A DNA stretch of 64,000 nucleotides from a virus (Duplodnaviria > Caudoviricetes): IMG/VR virus record IMGVR_UViG_3300037067_018912, positions 224,001-288,000 of that record. One strand, written 5' to 3'. This document shows, piece by piece, positions 20,486 to 29,868 of this stretch. The first letter of the stretch is position 1; each line of letters opens with the position of its first letter. The notes beneath the pieces are model-generated. The model had not been told where the DNA came from. It worked only from the letters and a program-made list of their open reading frames with translations, and did not search any database. Position numbers and translations under genes: made by a program.

Positions 20486-21706
20486 TTAATGCACTAAAAA
20501 GAACGTTCTTAAAACATCAGGTCTTTGTGTTGAAATATCTGTCTCGCCTTTTGATTGGACGATAACGTTATATGTCGGTTTATCGGCCACAGGTGCTTTC
20601 ATCATTTCATCGTGCGACAGTAATGTGCCATCGTTTGGAACATTAAACCCTTTTGAAACCCTTTGTTTCAAGACATTCATGCCGTTTTCTTTGTCCTTAA
20701 AGATTAATCTGTCATTTGCATCGACATCAAAATGATGTGGATCGCTTTTTACGAATAAATCGTTGAAATATTCGCTGCCGACGATTTCGGAAGTTTTTGC
20801 ACCCGCCAAATCAACCTTCTTCAATTGTTTTTTGTTTGCATCGACAGAAAAACTGACGACAAAATCCGGTGCATCCGTTTTCAATGACATGTTGCTGAAA
20901 TCGGACGGGAGGCGGTTCAAATTGTAAATATCTGCTACCTTGGTGTGCGCATACGGTTTGACAACGAATCCCTCGTCCTTTAATTCTTTCATTATCTCCC
21001 TACCTACTTGGTAATAGGATTTACTGAAAAAATCGCCAGAATCATTCCATCTAAAGCGCATTTCCTTGTTCACAAGACCGGGATTGTTTTTAAGTTCCAT
21101 TATTTCATTTTTCAACTTCTCTTTAAAACGTTGGGGATCGTTTAGTAAAAGGTTTAATATCCTTGTCTGTTTAAGGAAGTTGAATGGAAGCCTGACATAA
21201 TTACCCTTCCGGGCATAACAAGGTGCAACGCATTTTCCCGCACCTGGACAGGTATGGACGACAATGAAATTCTTACGGTCTTTATCATACACAATGCCTC
21301 TGAATGCTGGCAACCCGATTGTTACTGTATAAAAATCTTCGGTGGAAGATTTCAACATCTTTGCGTTACCTGTTGATATGATTTGATCCGGTTCTGCCGT
21401 GATATCGTTTATGAATGTTTGAACGTCGATTTCACCCTCTTCGGTTTTCTTAATTACTTTGTTGTGTACGATCAAGTCAGGTTTAACCCTTTTATGGGAT
21501 GGTAATGCATAATTTGCAAGTATCTTATTCAGATAATCCCTTAATTGATCTATATTCATACAAGTATGCGTCACACCTTCAAGGTCTACCTCATCCAATG
21601 GCTGTCCAGCGTTCTCGTCCGGAAGATATGTGTCGCTTACATCCACAGGCATGTCGGCAACCCTGTTCATCATTTCGAACAAACGATGCTTGTCGTTTTT
21701 AATCAT
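20486..21706 (-). CDS. GP88-like Cys-motif protein with LFE-type N-terminus
   Basis: CPGAGKCVAPCYARKG and FRWNDSGDF motifs. Confidence 0.65.
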   Translation of the reverse strand: MIKNDKHRLFEMMNRVADMPVDVSDTYLPDENAGQPLDEVDLEGVTHTCMNIDQLRDYLNKILANYALPSHKRVKPDLIVHNKVIKKTEEGEIDVQTFINDITAEPDQIISTGNAKMLKSSTEDFYTVTIGLPAFRGIVYDKDRKNFIVVHTCPGAGKCVAPCYARKGNYVRLPFNFLKQTRILNLLLNDPQRFKEKLKNEIMELKNNPGLVNKEMRFRWNDSGDFFSKSYYQVGREIMKELKDEGFVVKPYAHTKVADIYNLNRLPSDFSNMSLKTDAPDFVVSFSVDANKKQLKKVDLAGAKTSEIVGSEYFNDLFVKSDPHHFDVDANDRLIFKDKENGMNVLKQRVSKGFNVPNDGTLLSHDEMMKAPVADKPTYNVIVQSKGETDISTQRPDVLRTFFLVH

Positions 21707-21783
21707 GGCCTGATTATATTTTTCTATAAATACAGAATTATTAATTAAAGTGCGGTAGTATTTATGATAAAATCTTGTGTGAA

Positions 21784-23625
21784 ATGAATTTGGACTGTTT
21801 GAACGACATAATCACCGACAACCTCGCCATACACATCGACATTTCCGATCTCCGGTCATGGGATTTGAACACCGGGTTCACATCGGTCAGTCTGACCAAA
21901 TGGACGGGTGCGATATCAGACGATCTGAATCTTCTTGATTTCGGCCTCACCGGATTCGACAACGGCAGGACAAATGAAATGTGGGGTGGACTTCAACTGA
22001 CATCCGATGACACGTTATTCCAAATGTACAGGATTGGTTATAATCAAGTCCAAAACCCAACCACGGGACAAACAAGCGGAATTACAACAACAACTCTGTT
22101 CGATCTGTATCCGATGAGTGCAATAACCGGAACGTCCGGTGGAAGTTACTTTATGCTCGACGGTGGATATTTGCAAGGTTTTTTCAAATTAAAGGATTAC
22201 AACTACGAACTCTTTCCTGCACGCTGCAACAACGGTATTACAATTGAAACCTTATTGTATTTGCTTCCAGAATCTTTTGGCATCTTTTTCATGATGGGCA
22301 AACGGGCGGAGGATAAATACAATCCGTATTTTTCCGGTGAAACATTAACGGGCATCACCGTTACCGGAGTGACAACAAGTTTGGATAACTATCTCGACTC
22401 CTTTACCGAAACAACTGTAATAAAAAGCGGATTCAGCAATGTCGAAGATAACAAGACTATCGTTTATTCAGCCACATCAACAGTTAATAATATAAAGGAT
22501 AATGTTATCGCATTCTTATTGACGGGAGATGGGCATCTCGGCTATAAATATATTAATAATAAAGGTTTGGTCGTGACAAACGTGTCATCAGCAATCATCA
22601 CTAACACGGGTTTCACATGGATCACCATCACATTCACCCCGGACGAGATTTTTGAAGACCTTGATTTGTTGGAATGTGACAATCAAAGAAAAGGAAAACT
22701 CGTTATTTATGTGAACGGTCGGGCGAGATGGATCATTAAAGACTTTCCGGAATTCTACTGCAAACCCCTTGCAAATGACAAGGAGAAACAATTGGGTGTC
22801 CCTTATTCAATTAGTTGGGGCGGCGGAAGTTTCGGATTAAAACATTCATGGCATTACGATTTTCAAACATATGGACTTTACACCGGACAAGACACCTCTT
22901 ATATTAATACAGACTTTTTTGTGCAAGGTGATCCTATACCAACGCATTGTAACCCGATTCCGGATGACAGTTACTTACCGGGGTTGTCGTTAAGTGCCGA
23001 CAGCACCACATTTATAAACATCGACGAATGTACGGATGATGAAATTCCTGTTACTGTGATGAGAATTGAACACACCGGGAACACAGCCACAACATATTTC
23101 ATCAAATTCAACCGTCCGGTCATAGCATTATCAAATAGAGATTACACGGTTAACCTATCATTATATAACGACGGATTCTTCAACTTATTGTTTAAAAACA
23201 AGGCATATGTGGAAGTATACAGCGACACCGTGGATGTCAACATTGTCGATGTCACCGAATATACGAACGGGTCTGGATGGAAAGACTTGAAATGCGTTTT
23301 CAGGACGGCAGATGATTCCGGTAAGCAATCTGTCAACATCGGTCTATTGATCGAGACCAATGGTTCGTTCAATCTCGACACCCCGTTGTTTGTGAAGAAC
23401 TTCACCTACACGGCGGCGGATATTCTTGTGCAAGATGAAAGAAAGAATGACTTGATTATCGAACAAAATTTTAATCAAAGTTTTATTGGAGGAATTCAGA
23501 AGTTGAGAATTTATGACAAATCCTTGAACGGTTCAGAAGTTCTTCACAATATGATAATTGAAGCAAGAAACAACCCCGATGCGAATTTTGTCGTATCCAA
23601 AGGCGGCAGAATAATATATCGTTAA
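21784..23625 (+). CDS. Probable virion protein with LamG/ConA-like beta-sandwich features
   Basis: Thr/Gly-rich, LVIYVNG and FIGGIQKLRIYDKSL motifs. Confidence 0.6.
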   Translation: MNLDCLNDIITDNLAIHIDISDLRSWDLNTGFTSVSLTKWTGAISDDLNLLDFGLTGFDNGRTNEMWGGLQLTSDDTLFQMYRIGYNQVQNPTTGQTSGITTTTLFDLYPMSAITGTSGGSYFMLDGGYLQGFFKLKDYNYELFPARCNNGITIETLLYLLPESFGIFFMMGKRAEDKYNPYFSGETLTGITVTGVTTSLDNYLDSFTETTVIKSGFSNVEDNKTIVYSATSTVNNIKDNVIAFLLTGDGHLGYKYINNKGLVVTNVSSAIITNTGFTWITITFTPDEIFEDLDLLECDNQRKGKLVIYVNGRARWIIKDFPEFYCKPLANDKEKQLGVPYSISWGGGSFGLKHSWHYDFQTYGLYTGQDTSYINTDFFVQGDPIPTHCNPIPDDSYLPGLSLSADSTTFINIDECTDDEIPVTVMRIEHTGNTATTYFIKFNRPVIALSNRDYTVNLSLYNDGFFNLLFKNKAYVEVYSDTVDVNIVDVTEYTNGSGWKDLKCVFRTADDSGKQSVNIGLLIETNGSFNLDTPLFVKNFTYTAADILVQDERKNDLIIEQNFNQSFIGGIQKLRIYDKSLNGSEVLHNMIIEARNNPDANFVVSKGGRIIYR

Positions 23626-23633
23626 TATTGATT

Positions 23634-23843
23634 ATGAGTAAGTTATCGGAAATCTACGACGGATGGAAGAATTATATCTTCCCCAACCCGGAGGTCGAGG
23701 AGATTGCAAAAAAAAGAATAGCAATCTGTGTCGAAAACAAATGTGGAAAATACAAATCAAACGACACTTGCAAATTATGTGGCTGCTACATGCCCGCAAA
23801 AGTCAGGAGTCCAAAATCGTATTGTCAGTTGAAGAAGTGGTAA
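23634..23843 (+). CDS. Small Cys-rich protein
   Basis: RIAICVENKC...CKLCGCYMPAKVRS...CQLKKW. Confidence 0.7.
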   Translation: MSKLSEIYDGWKNYIFPNPEVEEIAKKRIAICVENKCGKYKSNDTCKLCGCYMPAKVRSPKSYCQLKKW

Positions 23844-23844
23844 A

Positions 23845-24456
23845 TTAACAATACGAATTTATTATAGCAGGCTTGTTGACCTTCTCACGTGTTTTATTGT
23901 CGTGTGTGCTGGTGGTGATGTAACTCTCCACATATTCCCTGACGAACAGGTTTTGTATGTCCGCAGGTGCTCGCTTAAACGCCGTAAACTCAATCTCATC
24001 ACCGTCCATAGTAAACAAGGTAACGTTGATATCCATCCAATCAATCGAATCATACCACGTATCGCCTTCGGGTGGTTCATACCTTCCCCAATTCCCAGGA
24101 TTGTAATAACCTCCCGCACTCACTGAAATTCTGTCGCTATCGAAATTCAGAGTGAATTTGACAGCCTCCTTGGCAGGATCGTACTTATACTCGATCTCAG
24201 TGAAATATTCCAAAGTCAAGAAAGAGATATCTTCGGGATTATTAGTCTCCCAATTGCCCCCAACCCCCGAATCGGTAATCCTGACTTTCAATTTATCCCT
24301 CCTTTCAAGAAGGGAATCGCATATGAATTGTTTTTGAAAATCTTCGTTGGACAGTAAGTCGAAACCTTTTTTCTCTTCGTTGTATTCGTCATTTCCAAGG
24401 AAATCGAAGTTCTTCAATTCCTCGTTAATAATTGTTATGATGTCGTCTTTTTTCAC
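23845..24456 (-). CDS. Hypothetical protein, IINEE N-terminal family
   Basis: Probable GTG start, KKDDIITIINEEL; GTATTTAT motif just upstream. Confidence 0.7.
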   Translation of the reverse strand: MKKDDIITIINEELKNFDFLGNDEYNEEKKGFDLLSNEDFQKQFICDSLLERRDKLKVRITDSGVGGNWETNNPEDISFLTLEYFTEIEYKYDPAKEAVKFTLNFDSDRISVSAGGYYNPGNWGRYEPPEGDTWYDSIDWMDINVTLFTMDGDEIEFTAFKRAPADIQNLFVREYVESYITTSTHDNKTREKVNKPAIINSYC

Positions 24457-24736
24457 GTGATGAATTTTACAATAAATACTTGTTTTCTGATATAAAAACC
24501 TGACAAATCTCAACGTTAAAGTATTTATAGGATGAAAAGTCATTGCTTAATTTATGAATTAAGTTAGGTCTGGTAAAAATCAGGAATGATTTTTTAAAAA
24601 TTTTATCAACGCCAGGCAGTGGTTATGTAAAATTTTAAAGACTTGACTGTTTGTTTTGTGAGATTGGCTGCACCACCTTTAATGTGGTGCAGTTTTTTTT
24701 CGTCCATATGAAGTATTTATCGTAAAGCGCATGGGA

Positions 24737-25048
24737 ATGAAAAAAGACACAAAAACCCTTTTGTTCGAAATGATGGAGAAGACCGTACCCGGTTTCAAGA
24801 GTACTAACGAACAACAAGCAGTATCGGGTGTACAACAACCAATAGCGGGTGACGTAAAGAATGTTCAAAATACGGTAACCACATCACAACAAACAGCAAA
24901 TTCAAGGATCGATACCCCGGATGAATTTTCACAGGCTTTTAGGGTATGGTTTTCGTCATTGGGTTTCAATCCTCAAAACAGACCGATAGCAATCGGGAGA
25001 GTTACCATTGAAGTAACAAAAATTATGAAAGAATTAGGGTACAGATAA
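24737..25048 (+). CDS. Hypothetical protein, MKK..LFE N-terminal family
   Basis: MKKDTKTLLFEMMEKTVPGFKSTNE. Confidence 0.75.
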   Translation: MKKDTKTLLFEMMEKTVPGFKSTNEQQAVSGVQQPIAGDVKNVQNTVTTSQQTANSRIDTPDEFSQAFRVWFSSLGFNPQNRPIAIGRVTIEVTKIMKELGYR

Positions 25049-25066
25049 AAATTTTTTCGATTTTTC

Positions 25067-25097
25067 TTTGTATTTATAATTCCAAGTATTATATTTG
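25067..25097 (+). promoter_or_regulatory. Bacteroidota sigma-A-type promoter of tRNA operon 1
   Basis: TTTG(25067-70)-N19-TATATTTG(25090-97). Confidence 0.8.
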
Positions 25098-25119
25098 CAA
25101 CAAATTATTTGATATTGTC

Positions 25120-25188
25120 ATGAGAAATTTAGTTCATATCCAGCCCCAACATCAACCACCGCAAGTGGAACGGGGTTACTATGTCTAA
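25120..25188 (+). CDS. Attenuator leader peptide 1 (His/Gln/Pro), MRNLVHIQPQHQPPQVERGYYV
   Basis: 22-aa ORF between promoter and terminator; 9 of 10 consecutive codons are His/Gln/Pro. Confidence 0.85.
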   Translation: MRNLVHIQPQHQPPQVERGYYV

Positions 25189-25221
25189 ATTTTCGTAAAA
25201 AAATTTTTAGTTAAACTAAGG

Positions 25222-25255
25222 AAACCCCGTTCGCAAGAGCGGGGTTTTTTTGTTT
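25222..25255 (+). terminator. Attenuator terminator 1
   Basis: AAACCCCGTTC-GCAA-GAGCGGGGTTT plus T run; 5' arm complementary to GAACGGGGTT at 25168-25177. Confidence 0.9.
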
Positions 25256-25331
25256 CAGGGAGTGGGAAAGTCGGTAATCCGCTTGCTTCGGGAGCAAGAG
25301 ACCGCCAGTTCGAATCTGGCCTTCCTGACCA
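25256..25331 (+). tRNA. tRNA-Pro(CGG)
   Basis: Cloverleaf, CTTGC-TT-CGG-GA-GCAAG, CCA encoded. Confidence 0.9.
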
Positions 25332-25334
25332 TAT

Positions 25335-25410
25335 GGTGATTGTAGTTCAATTGGTAGAACGTCAGATTGTGGTTCTGATAGTTGTGGGTTCGAGTCCCAT
25401 CTTTCACCCA
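25335..25410 (+). tRNA. tRNA-His(GTG)
   Basis: TCAGA-TT-GTG-GT-TCTGA. Confidence 0.9.
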
Positions 25411-25435
25411 AATATCACGTAAAGACGTGATAAAT

Positions 25436-25522
25436 GAAAATATCGCCTAAAAAGGCGATAAATATAATTTATCGGCTAAAAAGGCTATAAATATAATTTA
25501 TCGGCTAAAATACCGATATTTT
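25436..25522. repeat. Tandem/inverted short repeats in tRNA spacer
   Basis: About 31-nt unit ctaaaaaggc(g/t)ataaatataatttatcgg repeated. Confidence 0.7.
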
Positions 25523-25566
25523 TGTAACAGAGTTCAGTTCTTTGACGTATAATAAAATTCTTTAAT

Positions 25567-25639
25567 CGGGACGTGGCGCAGTTGGTAGCGCACTTGCATG
25601 GGGTGCAAGGGGTCGGAAGTTCGAGTCTTCTTGTCCCGA
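25567..25639 (+). tRNA. tRNA-Pro(GGG)
   Basis: CTTGC-AT-GGG-GT-GCAAG. Confidence 0.9.
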
Positions 25640-25782
25640 CAGGTTTGTGTGAATAGAGATGGTTATCTGAGTGGCATACAGTGGGTTGCAAACTGCTGTG
25701 TGTTGAAAGGATGTACTGGGTTGCCTGCATGCAGTATCAATCTGACTCCCGTGAGGGGGTAGTATCGAAAGCACAACCACAA

Positions 25783-25855
25783 CGGATAGTAGCGAAGTTG
25801 GTATCGCACCTGCTTTGGGAGCAGGGGATCGTGGGTTCGAGTCCCGCCTATCCGA
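25783..25855 (+). tRNA. tRNA-Pro(TGG)
   Basis: CCTGC-TT-TGG-GA-GCAGG. Confidence 0.9.
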
Positions 25856-25864
25856 CTTTTATTA

Positions 25865-25937
25865 CGGGTAGTGGGAAAGTTGGTAATCCGCCTGATTTGG
25901 GATCAGGAGACCGCAGATTCGAGTTCTGCTTACCCGA
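25865..25937 (+). tRNA. tRNA-Pro(TGG)
   Basis: CCTGA-TT-TGG-GA-TCAGG. Confidence 0.85.
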
Positions 25938-25939
25938 CT

Positions 25940-26015
25940 GTGCTTGAAGTAGGCGTTGGTGTCCTACGCCAGATTGTGGCTCTGGTTTTCGGGGGTTCGA
26001 TTCCCCTCAAGCACC
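25940..26015 (+). tRNA. tRNA-His(GTG)
   Basis: CCAGA-TT-GTG-GC-TCTGG, atypical D arm. Confidence 0.8.
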
Positions 26016-26030
26016 TAAATTATTTTGAAA

Positions 26031-26321
26031 ATGAATACGAGAATTGTCATATTCCTGCTTAAAAGGATTAATCGCATAATGACCGAGTTAATGAATTATG
26101 CTGATTTACCAAAAGAAAGGTTTGATAAGTTGATATACGATTACAATTACACATATGGTGTTTTTGACAGGGTCGTCGAGAAGCACAGGCGTAATATTGA
26201 ACACATTCCCCTGATCAGGGAGTTGTCCGATTTCGAATATCACTTATACACACAGAGAGAAATGGAATTGATAAACGATGAAACTTATGATCGTCGTCAT
26301 CGTAATATTTTTCATAGATAA
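26031..26321 (+). CDS. Hypothetical protein inside tRNA operon 1
   Basis: 96-aa ORF filling the gap between tRNAs. Confidence 0.6.
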   Translation: MNTRIVIFLLKRINRIMTELMNYADLPKERFDKLIYDYNYTYGVFDRVVEKHRRNIEHIPLIRELSDFEYHLYTQREMELINDETYDRRHRNIFHR

Positions 26322-26323
26322 AT

Positions 26324-26396
26324 TGTCCCGTGGTGTAATTGGCAACACGTCTGACTCTGGATCAGTAGAGTGCAGGTTCGATTCCTGCCGGGACAG
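26324..26396 (+). tRNA. tRNA-Gln(CTG)
   Basis: CTGA-CT-CTG-GA-TCAG, T1-A72. Confidence 0.88.
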
Positions 26397-26496
26397 CGAA
26401 GTTCGGTATGAAATAGAAGGTTTTCAGAGATTTGTTCATATCGAGGTTTAGTAATTCCAAGGTCGCCAAAAGAATTAGACCAAAAAATCTCGCCAT

Positions 26497-26582
26497 TGTC
26501 CTCTGGTGGAATTGGATAAACACGTCAGTCTTTGGAACTGATGCCCACATTGGGTTTGCAGGTTCAAATCCTGCGGGGACAG
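26497..26582 (+). tRNA. tRNA-Gln(TTG) with long variable arm
   Basis: TCAGT-CT-TTG-GA-ACTGA then GCCCA-CAT-TGGGT arm. Confidence 0.8.
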
Positions 26583-26647
26583 CAAAATGCATAAAATTAA
26601 ATATACTTGCATAAAATCATGTATATTTTAATACGCTTGCATAAAAT

Positions 26648-26719
26648 TGCCTTATAGTGTAATGGCCAGCACACAACACTTTGGATGTTGGAGTTCAAGT
26701 TCGAATCTTGGTAAGGCAA
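26648..26719 (+). tRNA. tRNA-Gln(TTG)
   Basis: CAACA-CT-TTG-GA-TGTTG. Confidence 0.88.
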
Positions 26720-27676
26720 CTACCTCCTCCCACCGGAACTGTGACTTGATCCGCCGCTACTTGAACTGCGTGATCCACCACCACTGTAACTCCCGGAACT
26801 CCTGTTTGAAGAACCCGAATATGAAGGACTTGAACTCCTGTATGTCGATCCTGAATTCGATGGTCGTGAATAACTTGAACTGCTTGAACCTCGATAAGAT
26901 GAACCGGAATTCGATGATGGTCGTGAATAACTTGAACTTCTCGTAGTTGCCGGACGTGAATACGATGGCCTTGACTGAGTTCCTGTTGATGACGGTCTTG
27001 AATATATCGGTCTGTCTGTATTTGCCGGACGATTGTAAGTACGTGTTTGAGTACTTGTCGATGGTCGAGTGTAAGTATTACGAGATTGTGTCGTCGGCTT
27101 CACATATGTGTTACGAGTTTGTGTGGCAGTTCTGTTCGATTCGATAGTCCTTCTTGGTCCATAATACTCTGTGCGCCTGTTTGGAGAATGATTCGGATAC
27201 TGATAATAAGTGTGATGTGGCTGCCAATACCAATAATTGTGATTGTACCACGAATAACTGTAGAACGGCCTGTTATACCAACGGTAATGGGGCATGTACC
27301 AATCAAAACTATACCAAGAACCATACGGATAATACCAATCGTAATAGAATGGATCATACCAACCATAATAAGGTGAATGCCAATAAAAATCAAAATAGAA
27401 TGTTGGCCTCATCCTGACATCATAATCATCTTCCTCTTCATAATAGTTATTAACCACGGTAATGTTTTGGACAACCGTGTCCTTTTCCTGTTTTTGCTCA
27501 CCGGGGATGTAATAGACATCATCGTATTCTTCAACCTGTGTGGTTTGATATTTTTTTGCAGAGTCATTCTCCGCTTTTTCCTTGGCTTCACGATACTTCT
27601 CATAATCGGATTTCTCCTGTGCAAGGATTGGTATGGAAAATAGGAGTGCTATTAGTAATAACGCCAGTTTTTTCAT
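26720..27676 (-). CDS. Exported protein with signal peptide, Tyr/Trp-rich core and Ser/Arg/Gly-rich tail
   Basis: MKKLALLLIALLFSIPILAQE signal; YDDVYY; SSSYSRPS repeats. Confidence 0.8.
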   Translation of the reverse strand: MKKLALLLIALLFSIPILAQEKSDYEKYREAKEKAENDSAKKYQTTQVEEYDDVYYIPGEQKQEKDTVVQNITVVNNYYEEEDDYDVRMRPTFYFDFYWHSPYYGWYDPFYYDWYYPYGSWYSFDWYMPHYRWYNRPFYSYSWYNHNYWYWQPHHTYYQYPNHSPNRRTEYYGPRRTIESNRTATQTRNTYVKPTTQSRNTYTRPSTSTQTRTYNRPANTDRPIYSRPSSTGTQSRPSYSRPATTRSSSYSRPSSNSGSSYRGSSSSSYSRPSNSGSTYRSSSPSYSGSSNRSSGSYSGGGSRSSSSGGSSHSSGGRR

Positions 27677-27760
27677 AGTTTTGGGGTTTTAATATGTAAT
27701 TGCAAGTTATGTGCCAACATTTTACTTAAATAAATAGTATTTATAAAAAACTTTACCTCC

Positions 27761-28477
27761 ATGAAAAAACAAATCACCAAGGAAAGGATATTTGAAGTCG
27801 TTGCAAGACTCGATAAAACATTCAAATCAAAAATAAACGAAGGACTACTGCCGGGAGAAGATTCCATGTCACAAAACCTCAATGAGGTACAGACAAGGTC
27901 GTTGTCCGAGATCGCACAAGAGATATACCAAGATTGGCGACCAGTCAGTCCGTATGCAAAACCGTACCTTGAAGCAATGTCGTCGTTAAACTCAATTAAC
28001 GACAAATACATGTTTGATAGCGGGGACATGATTGTCAGATACTTCCTTTCGAATGCATCGACTTGGCGTGGCGAAACTGCAAAACGCATTAAATCAGAAC
28101 TAAAGGCGATGTTGGGTATGAAAGAAAACGTCAACTTCAGTGATAATCCTGGTGCACCTCCGGGGGATATTCCTCCACTTCCTGCCGCAGAACCCCAACT
28201 TCCTACCACAGAACCTACTCCTCCTATTGTAAATGAAGGTTCGGGATTGGGCACTCCGGTGAACAAATGGGTTTATTTCTCGTTCAATTATCCTCCCGGC
28301 TTTATCGAAAAGGTTTGGGCAGATGATCCAAATATAGTTCAACATCTAAATGAAAAATTCGGTGCATATTACGACAAAGTCGGTGCGGTAGGTGTAATGA
28401 ACAAATTCTATGTTGAATTGGACTCTGGGAATCAAAAGAAACTTGAAGATTGGGTCTTGGCAAATTACAAGGGGTAA
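27761..28477 (+). CDS. Hypothetical protein, MKK..FE N-terminal family
   Basis: MKKQITKERIFEVVARLDKTFKSKINE. Confidence 0.8.
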   Translation: MKKQITKERIFEVVARLDKTFKSKINEGLLPGEDSMSQNLNEVQTRSLSEIAQEIYQDWRPVSPYAKPYLEAMSSLNSINDKYMFDSGDMIVRYFLSNASTWRGETAKRIKSELKAMLGMKENVNFSDNPGAPPGDIPPLPAAEPQLPTTEPTPPIVNEGSGLGTPVNKWVYFSFNYPPGFIEKVWADDPNIVQHLNEKFGAYYDKVGAVGVMNKFYVELDSGNQKKLEDWVLANYKG

Positions 28478-28491
28478 AAACAACATTAATC

Positions 28492-29268
28492 ATGAAAAAA
28501 ACAACAAGACGGAGACTTTTCGAAGTGGTACAAAGGCTCGACAAGACGTTCAAACCCACATCAAGGTTTAAATTAAATGAAACCGGGGAATGGGCGAACG
28601 ATGAAGACGATCTTGCATGGATTGAAATGTTAAAAAGTGAGGTTCAAAAAATCGAATCCGCAACCAATGGCAAATTGGAACTTATTGATGTCAGAGGATT
28701 CGATAAATACCAAGGACCATACGCCCAAGTTAAGATTAACGGTAGGAATTACAGGATTTGGACAGCAGGTGAAGGGGATTATCCTCTTCTTTGGATTGAT
28801 AATTATCCTGTTGACAATACTTCGGCGGAAGGAATGAACCCCGGATATGCGGGAACGCCGGAAATGATTATAGAACTCCTTAACTCACAAACTCCGGTGA
28901 CCGAGAATCTCTCAAGCAATCGCTTGAATGTTAACGATATATTGGACAATTACCTTGAAGCCGCTTTTTGGACAGAAGAACAACAAAATCCTGAACTGCA
29001 AAATAAGATGGTTAGCGATATTGATTCGGCTTCGCTCCAAAAAACGAAAAATGATATTATGCAGTTTCTTCGGACGGCATTGCAACAAGCCGGAGAGGAA
29101 TTAAAAACTTATGATTCCAAAAGTATCGGCCACAATCTTTGGCTGTCAAGAAATGGACACGGGGCGGGTTTTTTCGATGACAACAACGATAAATTGCAGG
29201 ACATTGCCAGAAACATGAAATCCAGTGACTTATACATCGGCGACGATGGAAAAGTCTATCTCACATAA
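28492..29268 (+). CDS. Hypothetical protein, MKK..LFE N-terminal family
   Basis: MKKTTRRRLFEVVQRLDKTFK; C-terminal GHNLWLSRNGHGAGFFD motif. Confidence 0.8.
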   Translation: MKKTTRRRLFEVVQRLDKTFKPTSRFKLNETGEWANDEDDLAWIEMLKSEVQKIESATNGKLELIDVRGFDKYQGPYAQVKINGRNYRIWTAGEGDYPLLWIDNYPVDNTSAEGMNPGYAGTPEMIIELLNSQTPVTENLSSNRLNVNDILDNYLEAAFWTEEQQNPELQNKMVSDIDSASLQKTKNDIMQFLRTALQQAGEELKTYDSKSIGHNLWLSRNGHGAGFFDDNNDKLQDIARNMKSSDLYIGDDGKVYLT

Positions 29269-29295
29269 AAATTTTTTAAAAAATATTCAAAATAA

Positions 29296-29326
29296 TTTGT
29301 TTGTATTGTAACATTTTTTACCTTTG
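29296..29326 (+). promoter_or_regulatory. Bacteroidota-type promoter of tRNA operon 2
   Basis: TTTG(29296-99)-N19-TACCTTTG(29319-26). Confidence 0.8.
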
Positions 29327-29372
29327 CCTCGTATTTAGACTTGAACGATTATAAACAACAAGAATTTTTAAA

Positions 29373-29465
29373 ATGAAAAAGATGCTCGACATATTAGTAG
29401 TCCTATCAGTGGCCGTCCTGTTGTGGGATGATGCTGCAGAGGAAAAACTACATGAAGTCGGGTAA
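29373..29465 (+). CDS. Attenuator leader peptide 2 (Leu/Val/Ala/Asp/Glu/Trp), MKKMLDILVVLSVAVLLWDDAAEEKLHEVG
   Basis: 30-aa ORF; 21 residues are L/V/A/D/E/W. Confidence 0.85.
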   Translation: MKKMLDILVVLSVAVLLWDDAAEEKLHEVG

Positions 29466-29500
29466 TATTGGATACTTATTACATCTCCTTTCCTAACACG

Positions 29501-29540
29501 AAAAGACCCGGCTTCAAAAAAGACCGGGTTTTTTTGTTTT
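29501..29540 (+). terminator. Attenuator terminator 2
   Basis: AAAAGACCCGG...CCGGGTTTTTTT; 5' arm ACCCGGCTTCA pairs with TGAAGTCGGGT (29453-63). Confidence 0.88.
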
Positions 29541-29551
29541 CGGGGAGATGA

Positions 29552-29564
29552 AGTTCTTTGACAT
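29552..29564 (+). promoter_or_regulatory. boxA-like antitermination element
   Basis: AGTTCTTTGACAT; 23 nt identical to 48794-48816. Confidence 0.65.
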
Positions 29565-29574
29565 GCTGGAATTT

Positions 29575-29649
29575 GGTGCGTTAGTTCAGATTGGTTAGAA
29601 TATCGGCCTGTCACGCCGAGGGTCATGGGTTCAAGTCCCATACGCACCG
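29575..29649 (+). tRNA. tRNA-Asp(GTC)
   Basis: TCGGC-CT-GTC-AC-GCCGA. Confidence 0.92.
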
Positions 29650-29713
29650 CAAAACGCTTATCGGAAGGTAGGCGAAGCAAGGTCGTTTGAATACGTAATA
29701 GAACGATCTTGAA

Positions 29714-29787
29714 AGTCCTGTAGTTTATACGGGTGTGAATGCCCCTGCGCACGGGGGTGGTTGCTGGTTCAAATCCAGTCAGGACTG
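29714..29787 (+). ncRNA. tRNA-like element with aberrant anticodon loop
   Basis: Acceptor AGTCCTG/CAGGACT, T arm GGTTCAAATCC, anticodon region CCCCT-GCGCAC-GGGGG. Confidence 0.65.
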
Positions 29788-29793
29788 CAAATC

Positions 29794-29868
29794 GTTTCGT
29801 CGGCCTCTTCGGAGAGGAACTGGCCTGTCACGTCAGTAAAATAGAGGGTTCGAATCCCTCCGGGACGG
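29794..29868 (+). tRNA. tRNA-Asp(GTC), atypical D arm
   Basis: CTGGC-CT-GTC-AC-GTCAG. Confidence 0.75.

Noticed and set aside
25100-25256. T-box riboswitch explanation for the tRNA operon leaders
   Set aside because: No T-box consensus (AGGGTGGNACCGCG) or stem I seen; the leaders instead contain codon-biased ORFs
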